From an uncultured Mycoplasmatota bacterium (GTDB taxonomy: Bacteria; Bacillota_I; Bacilli_A; RF39; UBA660): 64,000 bases of DNA. This document shows, one piece after another, positions 26,282 to 34,901 of the stretch (positions within the stretch are counted from its first letter, which is position 1; each line of letters opens with the position of its first letter). The notes under the pieces are model-generated. The model ran no database searches. It was not told where the DNA came from and was given only the letters and a program-made list of their open reading frames with translations. The stretch is taken from contig CAMMOI010000001.1 of the NCBI GenBank assembly GCA_946498375.1, positions 8,433 to 72,432 of the forward strand, in the 5' to 3' direction. A program made the translations under genes and the position numbers.

Positions 26282-26794
26282 TTAAATTAAATTATTTAAA
26301 ATTGACTCAAAAATATGAATGTGATGTTGCTCATCTAAAATTAAACGATTTAAAATATCAGAAATTGCCTCGTCATTAGCATATTTAATAATCTCCTGAT
26401 ATTGTTTAATCGCTTTTTTTTCGCTTTTTATATCGTTTTTAATCATAGATAGTAGATCTGTTTCATAATTAATTAAATCACTATTCCAATAGGTTTCATT
26501 ATCTTTTTTATTTATATAAGTATATATAGGGAGCAAACCAAGTTGTTTTATCATTTTACCTAAAATTTCTAAATGTTGCATTTCTACAATTGCAATTTTT
26601 TTAAAAGCTATTTTAATTTCTTTAAAATCATCTGGAGTTATTAGATATTGATATATATAATTATTTATACAGCTCATTTCACTAACAGTTCCAGAAAACG
26701 CTTGCTTTAATTTATAAGCAATATCTTTATTTTGTTTTAGAATTTTTACCTCAGGATAAGGTTCATCTAAAATAATATTTATACCATTTATCAA
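26282..26794 (-). CDS. ferritin-like / manganese-catalase-family protein (CotJC-like)
   Basis: Paired E..H-type motifs IAIVEMQHLEILG and DEQHHIHIFE, spaced as in the CotJC/rubrerythrin ferritin-like fold. 170 aa. Confidence 0.45.
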   Translation of the reverse strand: MINGINIILDEPYPEVKILKQNKDIAYKLKQAFSGTVSEMSCINNYIYQYLITPDDFKEIKIAFKKIAIVEMQHLEILGKMIKQLGLLPIYTYINKKDNETYWNSDLINYETDLLSMIKNDIKSEKKAIKQYQEIIKYANDEAISDILNRLILDEQHHIHIFESILNNLI

Positions 26795-26867
26795 ATAAAA
26801 TCACCACTATTATTTTATGTTTAAAAAAAATAATTATTTCAATAATTTTTTTAATTATTAAAAATAA

Positions 26868-27071
26868 TTAACGATTTATTTTTTGAGTAAAAATATATAC
26901 TGCAAGTATAACTAAAACTAAGACTATTACCATCATAGTTACTTCATGAGGTAATACTTTATCTAAAGCATCTACTATTGTTTCATATATATTTACAAAA
27001 AATTTAGCAATTTTCCCAAAAAAAGCTCCTAGTTTTTCTTCTAATTCTTCTGCCGTTATTCTTAGTATCAT
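26868..27071 (-). CDS. small membrane protein, hypothetical
   Basis: 67 aa with a single C-terminal TM helix (MMVIVLVLVILAVYIF). Confidence 0.3.
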   Translation of the reverse strand: MILRITAEELEEKLGAFFGKIAKFFVNIYETIVDALDKVLPHEVTMMVIVLVLVILAVYIFTQKINR

Positions 27072-27215
27072 AAATATCTACCTCTTAATCTTAATTATAA
27101 ATTAAAATAAATAAATTTCAATAAAAAAATGGTATAAGACAGTATATTTACATTATAAAATGTTCCTAATTTGCTAAATTAGGCTGTTAATGATATAATT
27201 TATTTGGTGAATATT

Positions 27216-27662
27216 ATGTTGTCAAATACTAATATGCCTGGAGTTGGAATAGGGGTTATGATATTTAATAAAAAAGGAGAAGTTTTATTGATTTTAAGAA
27301 ATGATAATCCTATTTTAGCTGATAGTGATATGCATTTGGAAGGAACGTGGACTTTACCAGCAGGAAAAGTAAAATACAATGAAACACTTGTTGAAGCTGC
27401 TATTAGAAAAGTTAAACAAGAAACAAATTTAGATGTATCTAATTTAGAAATTGTATCTATAGCTGATGATATTAATAAGTATGCTCATTTTGTTACTATT
27501 GGTTTAGTGGCATATCAAAATTCAGGAAATATTAATTTAGGAAATACTTTAGAACATGTTGATTATAAATTTTTTGATTTAAATAGTTTGCCTAATAATT
27601 TATGCAAACCATCGCTAACTATTATAAATAACTATTTAAATAAACAAATTTATAAAAACTAG
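27216..27662 (+). CDS. NUDIX hydrolase
   Basis: Nudix box region GKVKYNETLVEAAIRKVKQETNL after GVGIGVMIFNKKGEVLLILR. ATG at 27216 after GGTGA. Confidence 0.7.
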   Translation: MLSNTNMPGVGIGVMIFNKKGEVLLILRNDNPILADSDMHLEGTWTLPAGKVKYNETLVEAAIRKVKQETNLDVSNLEIVSIADDINKYAHFVTIGLVAYQNSGNINLGNTLEHVDYKFFDLNSLPNNLCKPSLTIINNYLNKQIYKN

Positions 27663-27674
27663 GAGATGATATTG

Positions 27675-29201
27675 ATGAAAAAGTTTTATATTTCAACAGC
27701 AATTGCTTATACTTCCGGAAAGCCTCACATTGGAAATACATATGAAATAGTATTAGCTGATGCCATAGCAAGATATAAGCGCTTATCTGGATATGAGGTT
27801 TATTTTCAAACAGGAACTGATGAGCACGGTGAAAAAATCGAGCTAAAAGCTCGTGAAGCAGGAGTTTCTCCCCAAGAATTTGTTGATAATTTATCATTAG
27901 AGATAAAACGTATTTGGGATATAATGGATACGACATATGATAAATTTGTCAGAACTACTGATAAGAATCATGAAAAAGTAGTGCAAAAAATTTTTAAAAA
28001 ATTATATGATCAAGGAGATATTTACAAGGGAGAGTATAAAGGATGGTATTGTACACCATGCGAATCATTTTGGACCGAAACGCAGTTAAATGATGGGTTA
28101 TGTCCTGATTGCAATCGAAAAGTGCATCAAACATCAGAAGAAGCTTATTTTTTTAGAATGTCTAAATACCAAGATAAATTAATAGATTATATAAATAAAC
28201 ATCCTGAATTTATTCAACCGGAGGCCAGAAAAAATGAGATGATTAATAATTTTTTACGTCCGGGATTACAAGATCTTTGTGTATCTCGTACTTCTTTTAA
28301 GTGGGGCATTCCAGTTAGTTTTGATCAAGACCATGTAATTTATGTTTGGATAGATGCTTTATCAAATTATATTACTAACATTGGATATGATGTTGATTTT
28401 CAAAGTGAAGAGTTTAATAAATGGTGGCCAGCAGACTTACATTTAGTTGGCAAAGACATTATTCGTTTTCATACAATTTATTGGCCAATTATTTTAATGG
28501 CATTAGATTTACCGTTGCCTAAACAGATTTTTGGCCATCCTTGGCTTTTATTTGGTAATGATAAAATGAGTAAATCAAAAGGTAATATTATTTATGCTGA
28601 TGATTTGGTAGATAAATATGGTGTTGATGCAATTAGATATTATTTATTACATGAGATACCTTTTTCTTCAGATGGTTCAATAACTGAAGATTTAGTTGTA
28701 GAAAGAATTAATTCTGATTTAGCTAATGTCTTAGGTAATTTGGTAAATCGAACAATTTCAATGGTGAAAAAATATTTTAATGGAATTATTCCAGAAATTG
28801 GCCCAATTGAGTCTGTAGATTTAATTTTAAAAGAAGATGTAAGAAATCTTAAACAAAAAGTTGATTTAAAAATGGATAATCTTAAAATTGGTGAAGCTTT
28901 AGATGAAATATTTAAAGTATTAAGAAAATGTAATAAATATATTGATGATACAATGCCTTGGGTTTTAGCCAAAGATAATAATAGTATTAGTAGGTTAGGA
29001 ACAGTATTATATAATTTATTAGATGCAATTAGGGTTTGTGCAATTTTATTACAACCTTTTATGCCTTCAACTAGTAAAAAGATTTGCACTTCGTTAAATA
29101 TCGAAGATAGATCATTTGCTAGTGCCGATAAAGAAAATGATTTAAATTCAGGAATTATTCTAAATGATTTAGAGCCTTTATTTATGAGAATTAGTAAATA
29201 A
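27675..29201 (+). CDS. metG: methionine--tRNA ligase (short form lacking the C-terminal tRNA-binding domain)
   Basis: HIGN (PHIGNTYE), zinc knuckle CTPCESF...CPDC, and KMSKS motifs. 509 aa. Start at ATG 27675 with proper spacing from TAGGAGA. Confidence 0.9.
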   Translation: MKKFYISTAIAYTSGKPHIGNTYEIVLADAIARYKRLSGYEVYFQTGTDEHGEKIELKAREAGVSPQEFVDNLSLEIKRIWDIMDTTYDKFVRTTDKNHEKVVQKIFKKLYDQGDIYKGEYKGWYCTPCESFWTETQLNDGLCPDCNRKVHQTSEEAYFFRMSKYQDKLIDYINKHPEFIQPEARKNEMINNFLRPGLQDLCVSRTSFKWGIPVSFDQDHVIYVWIDALSNYITNIGYDVDFQSEEFNKWWPADLHLVGKDIIRFHTIYWPIILMALDLPLPKQIFGHPWLLFGNDKMSKSKGNIIYADDLVDKYGVDAIRYYLLHEIPFSSDGSITEDLVVERINSDLANVLGNLVNRTISMVKKYFNGIIPEIGPIESVDLILKEDVRNLKQKVDLKMDNLKIGEALDEIFKVLRKCNKYIDDTMPWVLAKDNNSISRLGTVLYNLLDAIRVCAILLQPFMPSTSKKICTSLNIEDRSFASADKENDLNSGIILNDLEPLFMRISK

Positions 29202-29314
29202 ATCAAATTATTTGAACGTAATTTGATTTTTTCTTTAGTTAAAAGCAAAAATATCTTAAAAAGCCTTGACGAAGTAAAAATAAAATGATATATTAAATTA
29301 CGTCCAAGGCATTT

Positions 29315-29391
29315 GGGCGATTAGCTCAGTTGGTTAGAGCACCTGCCTTACAAGCAGGGGGTCGTAGGTTCGAGTCCTACATCGCCCACCA
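29315..29391 (+). tRNA. tRNA-Val (anticodon TAC)
   Basis: Cloverleaf with acceptor GGGCGAT/ATCGCCC, anticodon loop CTTACAA, T-loop GGTTCGAGTCC, encoded CCA. Confidence 0.9.
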
Positions 29392-29399
29392 TTTTTTTT

Positions 29400-29475
29400 G
29401 CCGACATAGCGTAACTGGCAGCGCAACTGACTTGTAATCAGTAGGTTGGGGGTTCGACTCCCTCTGTCGGCACCA
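29400..29475 (+). tRNA. tRNA-Thr (anticodon TGT)
   Basis: Acceptor GCCGACA/TGTCGGC, anticodon stem ACTGA/TCAGT with loop CTTGTAA, GGTTCGACTCC T-arm, encoded CCA. Confidence 0.85.
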
Positions 29476-29482
29476 TTCTTAT

Positions 29483-29566
29483 GGAGGGATAGCGAAGTGG
29501 TCAAACGCGGCAGACTGTAAATCTGTTCCTTCGGGTTCCATGGTTCAAATCCATGTCCCTCCACCA
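29483..29566 (+). tRNA. tRNA-Tyr (anticodon GTA)
   Basis: Acceptor GGAGGGA/TCCCTCC, anticodon loop CTGTAAA, long variable arm, GGTTCAAATCC T-arm, encoded CCA. Confidence 0.85.
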
Positions 29567-29573
29567 CTTAAAT

Positions 29574-29649
29574 TGCCTCGTAGCCAAGTGGTAAGGCATC
29601 AGACTTTGACTCTGACATTCCGATGGTTCGAATCCATCCGAGGCAGCCA
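29574..29649 (+). tRNA. tRNA-Gln (anticodon TTG)
   Basis: Acceptor TGCCTCG/CGAGGCA, anticodon loop CTTTGAC, GGTTCGAATCC T-arm, encoded CCA. Confidence 0.85.
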
Positions 29650-29657
29650 TATATTAT

Positions 29658-29733
29658 GTCCTGTTAGCTCAGTAGGTAGAGCATCTGACTTTTAATCAGA
29701 GGGTCTGGGATTCGAGTTCCCAACAGGACACCA
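29658..29733 (+). tRNA. tRNA-Lys (anticodon TTT)
   Basis: Acceptor GTCCTGT/ACAGGAC, anticodon loop CTTTTAA, GATTCGAGTTC T-arm, encoded CCA. Confidence 0.85.
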
Positions 29734-29748
29734 TTTTATTTTGAAAGT

Positions 29749-29777
29749 AAAAGTTCTTGTAGGAACTTTTTTATTTT
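29749..29777 (+). terminator. intrinsic terminator after tRNA cluster
   Basis: AAAAGTTC-TTGTAG-GAACTTTT hairpin followed by TTATTTT. Confidence 0.65.
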
Positions 29778-29856
29778 AAAATTTAAAGTTATGTTTTGTA
29801 TTTACTTGTTTTTTTGAAAAAGATTGCTTATAATGGACAAGAAGGGAGATAATACA

Positions 29857-30414
29857 ATGTCTGAAAACGATAAAATTATGAAAAAATTACTTGTTTGTTC
29901 ATATATAATTATAGGATTAATTATTCTTAATACTATTATATTAATTTGTAAAGGTAATGTAACAAATTCTAATACTAATTCAACCACTACTACTAATGAT
30001 ACTACTAGTTATGATGTTAGTATGATGGAAAGCGTTGATTTGGATACAATGTTAAATGATGTATTTAAACGTGAAGATATTCAGGTTATATATATGGGAC
30101 GTCCTACATGTAGTCACTGCATCAGCTTCTTACCATCTTTACAACAAGCTCAAGAAGAGTTAGGATACACAACAGTTTATTTAGATATTGAAACAGTAGA
30201 TTCAAGTAGTGATGAATTTGATGAATTTATTGAAAAACTAGATATGGAATATACTATGGGTGAAGAAACTGGTACTTATGGTTCATTCTATGGATACACT
30301 CCAGCTGTATTCTTATATCAAAATGGTAAAATGATTGATGGTATAATTGGAGAATTATCATATGATGAATTGCTTGCTTGGTTAGAAGAAAATAATGTCG
30401 GTAATTCAAAATAA
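29857..30414 (+). CDS. membrane-anchored thioredoxin-like protein with CSHC active site (second paralog)
   Basis: ATG 29857 after AAGGGAG. N-terminal TM and Thr/Asn-rich linker, then IYMGRPTCSHCISFLPSL (CxxC). Same CSHC tetrad as the protein at 20286..20726. Confidence 0.55.
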   Translation: MSENDKIMKKLLVCSYIIIGLIILNTIILICKGNVTNSNTNSTTTTNDTTSYDVSMMESVDLDTMLNDVFKREDIQVIYMGRPTCSHCISFLPSLQQAQEELGYTTVYLDIETVDSSSDEFDEFIEKLDMEYTMGEETGTYGSFYGYTPAVFLYQNGKMIDGIIGELSYDELLAWLEENNVGNSK

Positions 30415-30524
30415 TTAATTATTTTCATTCACGTTATAGTCCTTTTTCCATAAAATAGAATATAAAAGGTTGATTTTTATAAAAAATGAATATATAATAA
30501 TATTGCATCAGAAATGATGCAATT

Positions 30525-30601
30525 GCGCCCATAGCTCAATTGGATAGAGCGTTTGACTACGGATCAAAAGGTTAGGGGTTCGACTCCCTTTGGGCGCACC
30601 A
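30525..30601 (+). tRNA. tRNA-Arg (anticodon ACG)
   Basis: Acceptor GCGCCCA/TGGGCGC, anticodon stem TTTGA/TCAAA with loop CTACGGA, GGTTCGACTCC T-arm, encoded CCA. Confidence 0.85.
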
Positions 30602-30608
30602 TTATTAC

Positions 30609-30685
30609 CGAGAAGTAGCACAGTTTGGTAGTGCACTTGGTTTGGGACCAAGGGGTCGCAGGTTCGAATCCTGTCTTCTCGACCA
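30609..30685 (+). tRNA. tRNA-Pro (anticodon TGG)
   Basis: Acceptor CGAGAAG/CTTCTCG, anticodon stem CTTGG/CCAAG with loop TTTGGGA, GGTTCGAATCC T-arm, encoded CCA. Confidence 0.85.
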
Positions 30686-30700
30686 TTTAGATTTGTAATT

Positions 30701-30726
30701 CCCTTAAATAAGGGATTTTTTATTTG
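30701..30726 (+). terminator. intrinsic terminator after Arg-Pro tRNAs
   Basis: CCCTTA-AATA-AGGG hairpin followed by ATTTTTTAT. Confidence 0.5.
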
Positions 30727-30813
30727 TATTAATATTAAAGAATTAATTAATAACGAATTATTATGAATAAAAATGCATATTTCTTCCCAATATGAAAATA
30801 AGGAGGATATGTA

Positions 30814-31590
30814 ATGAGTAAATATAAAGTAGATATAACAGGAATTAATACAAGTCAATTAAAAGTGTTGACTCAAGATCAACAAAAGGATTTATTTGAA
30901 AAATTAAAAAATGGTGATCAATCAGCAAAAGTTAAAATAGCAGAAGGTAATTTAAAATTAGTATTAAGTATTTTAAAAAGATACGCTAATCAAAAATATA
31001 ATATGGATGATTTATTTCAAGTTGGTTGTATAGGACTTATGAAAGCTATTGATAATTTTGATACTAATTATGGAGTTATGTTTTCAACTTATGCAGTTCC
31101 TTTAATTTTAGGAGAAGTTAAAAGGTATGTTAGAGATAATACATCTATTCGTGTAAGTAGAAGTACCAGAGATTTAGCATATAAGATTATAAAATACAAA
31201 GATGAATATGTTACTTTAAATGGAAGCACTCCTAGTAGTGAGCAAATTGCTAAAGCTTTGGATGTTGAAGAATATGAAATATCGAATGCTTTAGATTCCC
31301 TAAAGGATCCTATGAGTATTTTTGAACCCATTTATAATGATGGTGGAGATACTATTTATTTATTAGACCAAATTGCTGATAAAAAAGAAAAAAGTCAAGA
31401 TAAAGATATGTTAATTTCTCTAAGAAAGGCATTAAGCCAAATTAAACAAAGAGAAAAAGAGGTATTATTAAGTCGTTATATTATAGGCAAAACCCAAATG
31501 GAAATAGCACAATCTTTAGATATCTCCCAAGCTCAAGTTTCTAGAATCGAAAAAAATGCAATTAGTAATATAAAGCGGTTAATTAAATAA
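30814..31590 (+). CDS. sigG: RNA polymerase sporulation sigma factor SigG (forespore-specific)
   Basis: Collinear with B. subtilis SigG: N-terminal MSKYKVDITGINTSQLKVL, GNLKLVLSILKRY, DLFQVGCIGLMKAIDNFD, IRVSRSTRDLAYK, and C-terminal GKTQMEIAQSLDISQAQVSRIEK. AAGGAGGA SD. Confidence 0.85.
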   Translation: MSKYKVDITGINTSQLKVLTQDQQKDLFEKLKNGDQSAKVKIAEGNLKLVLSILKRYANQKYNMDDLFQVGCIGLMKAIDNFDTNYGVMFSTYAVPLILGEVKRYVRDNTSIRVSRSTRDLAYKIIKYKDEYVTLNGSTPSSEQIAKALDVEEYEISNALDSLKDPMSIFEPIYNDGGDTIYLLDQIADKKEKSQDKDMLISLRKALSQIKQREKEVLLSRYIIGKTQMEIAQSLDISQAQVSRIEKNAISNIKRLIK

Positions 31591-31609
31591 AATATTATTA
31601 GGTGGTAAA

Positions 31610-31837
31610 ATGAATTTATCTGATTTACAATCTAAAGAAATCGTAAGTGTAGCAGATGGTAAAAAACTTGGCCATATAGTTGATGTAAATGTAGAAGTAA
31701 AAGAAGGAAAAATAAATTATTTTGTAGCTGAACAGCGAAAATTTTTTAAAAGAATATTTGGAAATAGTACTGAAGTAAAATTTACTATTGCTAATATCGA
31801 ACAAATAGGAGAAGATGTAATATTAATTAAATTATGA
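31610..31837 (+). CDS. ylmC: YlmC/YmxH-family sporulation protein (PRC-barrel)
   Basis: 75 aa. SDLQSKEIVSVADGKKLGHIVDVNVEVKEGKI...IGEDVILIKL matches the YlmC/YmxH pattern. Follows sigG as in Bacillus. Confidence 0.7.
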   Translation: MNLSDLQSKEIVSVADGKKLGHIVDVNVEVKEGKINYFVAEQRKFFKRIFGNSTEVKFTIANIEQIGEDVILIKL

Positions 31838-31856
31838 TATAATGAAACAAGAGTGA

Positions 31857-32354
31857 TTGAATATGAATAAAAAAATCTTATTGATATCTGTAATAGTATT
31901 AGCATTAGATCAACTTAGTAAAGCAATAATTGATATAATTATGCAAGTTGGTGATAGCATAACGGTAATAAAAAACTTTTTTTCGATATCTTATATTCAA
32001 AATAATGGCGCAGCTTGGGGAATATTCAGTAATAAAATGGCTATTTTAATTATAATTAGTTTAATAATATTAATTATTTTATATAGATATATGTATACCT
32101 TTAAAATGAATAAAAGAAATATATTAGCGTTTGGACTTTTAGTAGGAGGAATAGTAGGTAACTTATTAGATCGAATTATTTTTGGCTATGTTAAAGATTT
32201 TTTGGATTTTAACATATTAGGATATAATTTTCCGGTATTTAACATCAGTGATATATGTATAGTTAGTGGTATTGGTCTTTTAATTGTAGCAATTATTAAA
32301 GGAGAAGAATTAAATGGAAGAAATAGTAGTAAAAAATCCTCAAAAAAGAATTGA
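31857..32354 (+). CDS. lspA: lipoprotein signal peptidase II
   Basis: Conserved NNGAAWGIF and FNISDICIVSG(IGLL) boxes in a four-TM 165 aa protein. Confidence 0.8.
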   Translation: MNMNKKILLISVIVLALDQLSKAIIDIIMQVGDSITVIKNFFSISYIQNNGAAWGIFSNKMAILIIISLIILIILYRYMYTFKMNKRNILAFGLLVGGIVGNLLDRIIFGYVKDFLDFNILGYNFPVFNISDICIVSGIGLLIVAIIKGEELNGRNSSKKSSKKN

Positions 32355-33207
32355 TAAATACTTAGCTGAGGTTACAGATTTAAGTAGAAGTACGATAGGA
32401 AAAATGATAGAGTCTGACTATATTTTAGTTAACAATAAGAAAGTAAAAAATAGTACTTCATTAAAAATTGATGATATTATAACAATTAAAGATAATTTTA
32501 AAGAAGACTGTGATATTGTTCCTGTTAAAATGCCTTTAGATATTGTATTTGAAAATGAAAATGTTATTCTTATTAATAAACCAAGTGGCCTTACCGTTCA
32601 TCCGGGTAGTGGTAATTATAATAACACACTTGTTAATGCTTTATTATATTATACTAAGAATTTAAGCAATATTGGTGGTGATGAACGCCCAGGTATAGTT
32701 CATAGAATAGATAAAGATACATCTGGTTTATTACTTGTTGCTAAGAATAATAAAGCTCATCAGATATTAGCTGACGATTTTAAAAATAAACGTATAAAAA
32801 GAGAATATATAGCTTTACTTAATGGAGTTTTTCCTCATAATAGTGCTACGATTGATGCCCCAATTGGTCGAGATGAAATAAATCGAAAACAAATGTGTGT
32901 AACATCCAAAAATTCTAAAAAGGCCATAACCCATTTGAAAGTATTAAAAAGATATAAAAATCATACCCTAGCTTCTTTACACTTAGATACAGGTAGAACC
33001 CATCAAATTAGAGTGCATATGAAATATATTGGTTTTCCAATTTATAATGATCCGGTTTATTCACAAAAAAAGTGTACTGAATTTGGTCAATTTTTACACT
33101 CTGCCAAAATCAGTTTTCATGAGCCTATTACAAAGGAATTTTTAGAATTTGAAGTGCCAGTTCCTAAATATTTTCAAGATTATTTAGATCAATTAGAAGA
33201 AATATAA
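32314..33207 (+). CDS. rluD: RluA/RluD-family 23S rRNA pseudouridine synthase
   Basis: S4-like N-terminus (RIDKYLAE). Catalytic HRIDKDTSGLLLVAKN motif. lspA-rluD adjacency conserved; 41-nt overlap with lspA if the first ATG is used. Confidence 0.8.
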   Translation: MEEIVVKNPQKRIDKYLAEVTDLSRSTIGKMIESDYILVNNKKVKNSTSLKIDDIITIKDNFKEDCDIVPVKMPLDIVFENENVILINKPSGLTVHPGSGNYNNTLVNALLYYTKNLSNIGGDERPGIVHRIDKDTSGLLLVAKNNKAHQILADDFKNKRIKREYIALLNGVFPHNSATIDAPIGRDEINRKQMCVTSKNSKKAITHLKVLKRYKNHTLASLHLDTGRTHQIRVHMKYIGFPIYNDPVYSQKKCTEFGQFLHSAKISFHEPITKEFLEFEVPVPKYFQDYLDQLEEI

Positions 33208-33223
33208 AAAGTTAGGTAAATTC

Positions 33224-33850
33224 CTAACTTTTTATATTTCGATATAATCCTATAGCGACTCCTAAAATAGTGCAATTATTTAATATTATAGGATCCATTG
33301 TATCATTTTCTGGTTGTAATCGGATATGATCTTTTTCTTTATAAAATCTTTTTAATGTAACTTCATTTTCTTCAGTCATAGCAACAACAATCTGGTTATT
33401 ACGTGCAGTTTTCTGCCTTTTTATTATTACAATATCTCCATCCAATATCCCAGCATTAATCATACTTTCGCCACTAACTTTTAATGTAAATACTTCTTCA
33501 TTTTGGGGAACTAAGGAAGCTGGAAGAGAAAAAAAGTCATTTGGAGTTTCAATTGCTTCAATTGGATTTCCAGCAGTTACTTTTCCCAACATAGGGACCT
33601 GAATGATTTGTTCATTTTGTTCTTCAAATTCGTTATCAACTAGTATTTCAATGGTTCTAAATTTGGAATCAGTTTTTCTTATACATCCAGCATCAATTAA
33701 ATGCTTTAAGTGAACATGAACAGTAGCCGGAGATGAAAGACCTAATCCTGAGCAAATTTCTCTAATAGAAGGTGGGAAACCATGTTCGACAGTGTATTTT
33801 TTTATAAACTGTAAAACATCATATTGTTTTTTTGTTAACTCTTTAGGCAT
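33224..33850 (-). CDS. lexA: LexA repressor
   Basis: N-terminal winged HTH (LTKKQYDVLQFIKKY...GFPPSIREI). C-terminal S24 peptidase motifs VSGESMINAGILDGDIVII and catalytic Lys (IKRQKTA). Confidence 0.85.
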   Translation of the reverse strand: MPKELTKKQYDVLQFIKKYTVEHGFPPSIREICSGLGLSSPATVHVHLKHLIDAGCIRKTDSKFRTIEILVDNEFEEQNEQIIQVPMLGKVTAGNPIEAIETPNDFFSLPASLVPQNEEVFTLKVSGESMINAGILDGDIVIIKRQKTARNNQIVVAMTEENEVTLKRFYKEKDHIRLQPENDTMDPIILNNCTILGVAIGLYRNIKS

Positions 33851-33895
33851 ATAAATTCCTCCAATATCATATTAACATAACTCAAAAAAAACGTC

Positions 33896-33936
33896 AAACA
33901 TTTGTTCAAAAACCATTGACAACAAACAACTGTTCG
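33896..33936. promoter_or_regulatory. two candidate LexA (Cheo-type) boxes in the lexA / divergent-gene intergenic region
   Basis: AAACATTTGTTC (33896-33907) and AAACAACTGTTCG (33924-33936) each differ at about one position per half-site from the Gram-positive SOS box CGAACN4GTTCG. The second lies between a TTGACA -35 (33915-33920) and the -10 region of the + strand gene. Confidence 0.45.
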
Positions 33937-33969
33937 TGTTATTCTAAAAACATGGAAAGAGGGATGTAT

Positions 33970-34116
33970 ATGAAAAGAATAATTAATGATTATAAGGGAG
34001 TAGCATTTTTTTATTTGTTGATAATAATATCTCTATTTATGGTAAGTATTCAAAATACTAATAGTAAAGTTAATAATATTAGTAATGTGGGGAAGGTAAT
34101 TGTTTTATCTAATTAA
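33970..34116 (+). CDS. small SOS-region membrane protein (candidate division-inhibitor analogue, no LysM)
   Basis: ORF 33916..34116 trimmed to ATG 33970, nine nt after AGAGGGA. 48 aa with one TM helix (VAFFYLLIIISLFMV). Divergent from lexA at the position yneA holds in Bacillus. Confidence 0.25.
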   Translation: MKRIINDYKGVAFFYLLIIISLFMVSIQNTNSKVNNISNVGKVIVLSN

Positions 34117-34178
34117 TTTTTTCTAAAAAACGACAAATTTAATAATGATAATTTTATATACTAAGTTCGGTGATCAAT

Positions 34179-34607
34179 ATGCGAACTTTTTATATATTTG
34201 AAATTAATCCTGAATTTGCTACTCTTTTGAAAGATAGTCCTTACAATTTATTTAAAAGTATGGAAAGTATTTATTATACGAATAAACAAAATATTTATAG
34301 TGCTTTTAATATCTATGAACAGTTAGTACATCCATTAGATAAAAAATTATTAAATCAGCAAATTTATGATAGCCATAAAGATAGTGATATTTATACTAAA
34401 TTTAATAATACTCATATGATTAATAATTTTTATAATGATGAACAGACTAAATTAACTATAAATTCTTCATTTATTTTACTAAAAAGTAATATTAATAGAC
34501 CAAGTTTTTTTGATGATTTAAAGCAAAATAATAATTTGTTTATATGCGATTTTGAAAATCAAGATTATTTTTGGTTGCAAGCAATTACGCTTGAAACTTG
34601 TCATTAA
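34179..34607 (+). CDS. hypothetical protein
   Basis: 142 aa from ATG 34179 after GGTGA. Tyr/Asn-rich, no recognisable domain. Confidence 0.35.
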   Translation: MRTFYIFEINPEFATLLKDSPYNLFKSMESIYYTNKQNIYSAFNIYEQLVHPLDKKLLNQQIYDSHKDSDIYTKFNNTHMINNFYNDEQTKLTINSSFILLKSNINRPSFFDDLKQNNNLFICDFENQDYFWLQAITLETCH

Positions 34608-34649
34608 ACAAATTATTTAGTAAAATGTTCATATAAGGAGGGAATATAA

Positions 34650-34859
34650 ATGTTAGCAGATATATTATTAGTTGTTATTGGACTAGTAGTTGGTATTATC
34701 ATTGGTTTTTTAATATCTAAACATTTTACCAAGAAATATTTAAAGGAAAATCCACCAATTAATGAAAAAATGATTGAAGCAATGATGAGTAGTATGGGGA
34801 GAAAACCTTCTCAAAAACAAGTTAATCAAGTAATGAAACAAATGAATCGTTATATGTAA
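34650..34859 (+). CDS. yneF: UPF0154 family protein YneF
   Basis: 69 aa with N-terminal TM, then KKYLKENPPINEKMIEAMMSSMGRKPSQKQVNQVMKQMN, collinear with B. subtilis YneF. AAGGAGG SD. Confidence 0.7.
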   Translation: MLADILLVVIGLVVGIIIGFLISKHFTKKYLKENPPINEKMIEAMMSSMGRKPSQKQVNQVMKQMNRYM

Positions 34860-34901
34860 AACTAGTATTGATCATAAATTATAGACATATAATTTACATA
34901 G

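Noticed and set aside
28640-29248. 202 aa ORF on - strand overlapping metG 3' half
   Set aside because: Antisense to a high-confidence metG. No RBS and a hydrophobic low-complexity product.
29334-29567. 77 aa ORF on - strand
   Set aside because: Entirely overlaps the Val-Thr-Tyr tRNA genes. Arg/Pro-rich translation of tRNA complement.
30508-30858. 116 aa ORF on - strand
   Set aside because: Overlaps tRNA-Arg(ACG) and tRNA-Pro and the sigG start. Artefact of the tRNA reverse complement.
31089-31331. 80 aa antisense ORF inside sigG
   Set aside because: Antisense to highly conserved sigG.
31717-31905. 62 aa antisense ORF spanning ylmC/lspA junction
   Set aside because: Antisense and overlaps two supported genes.
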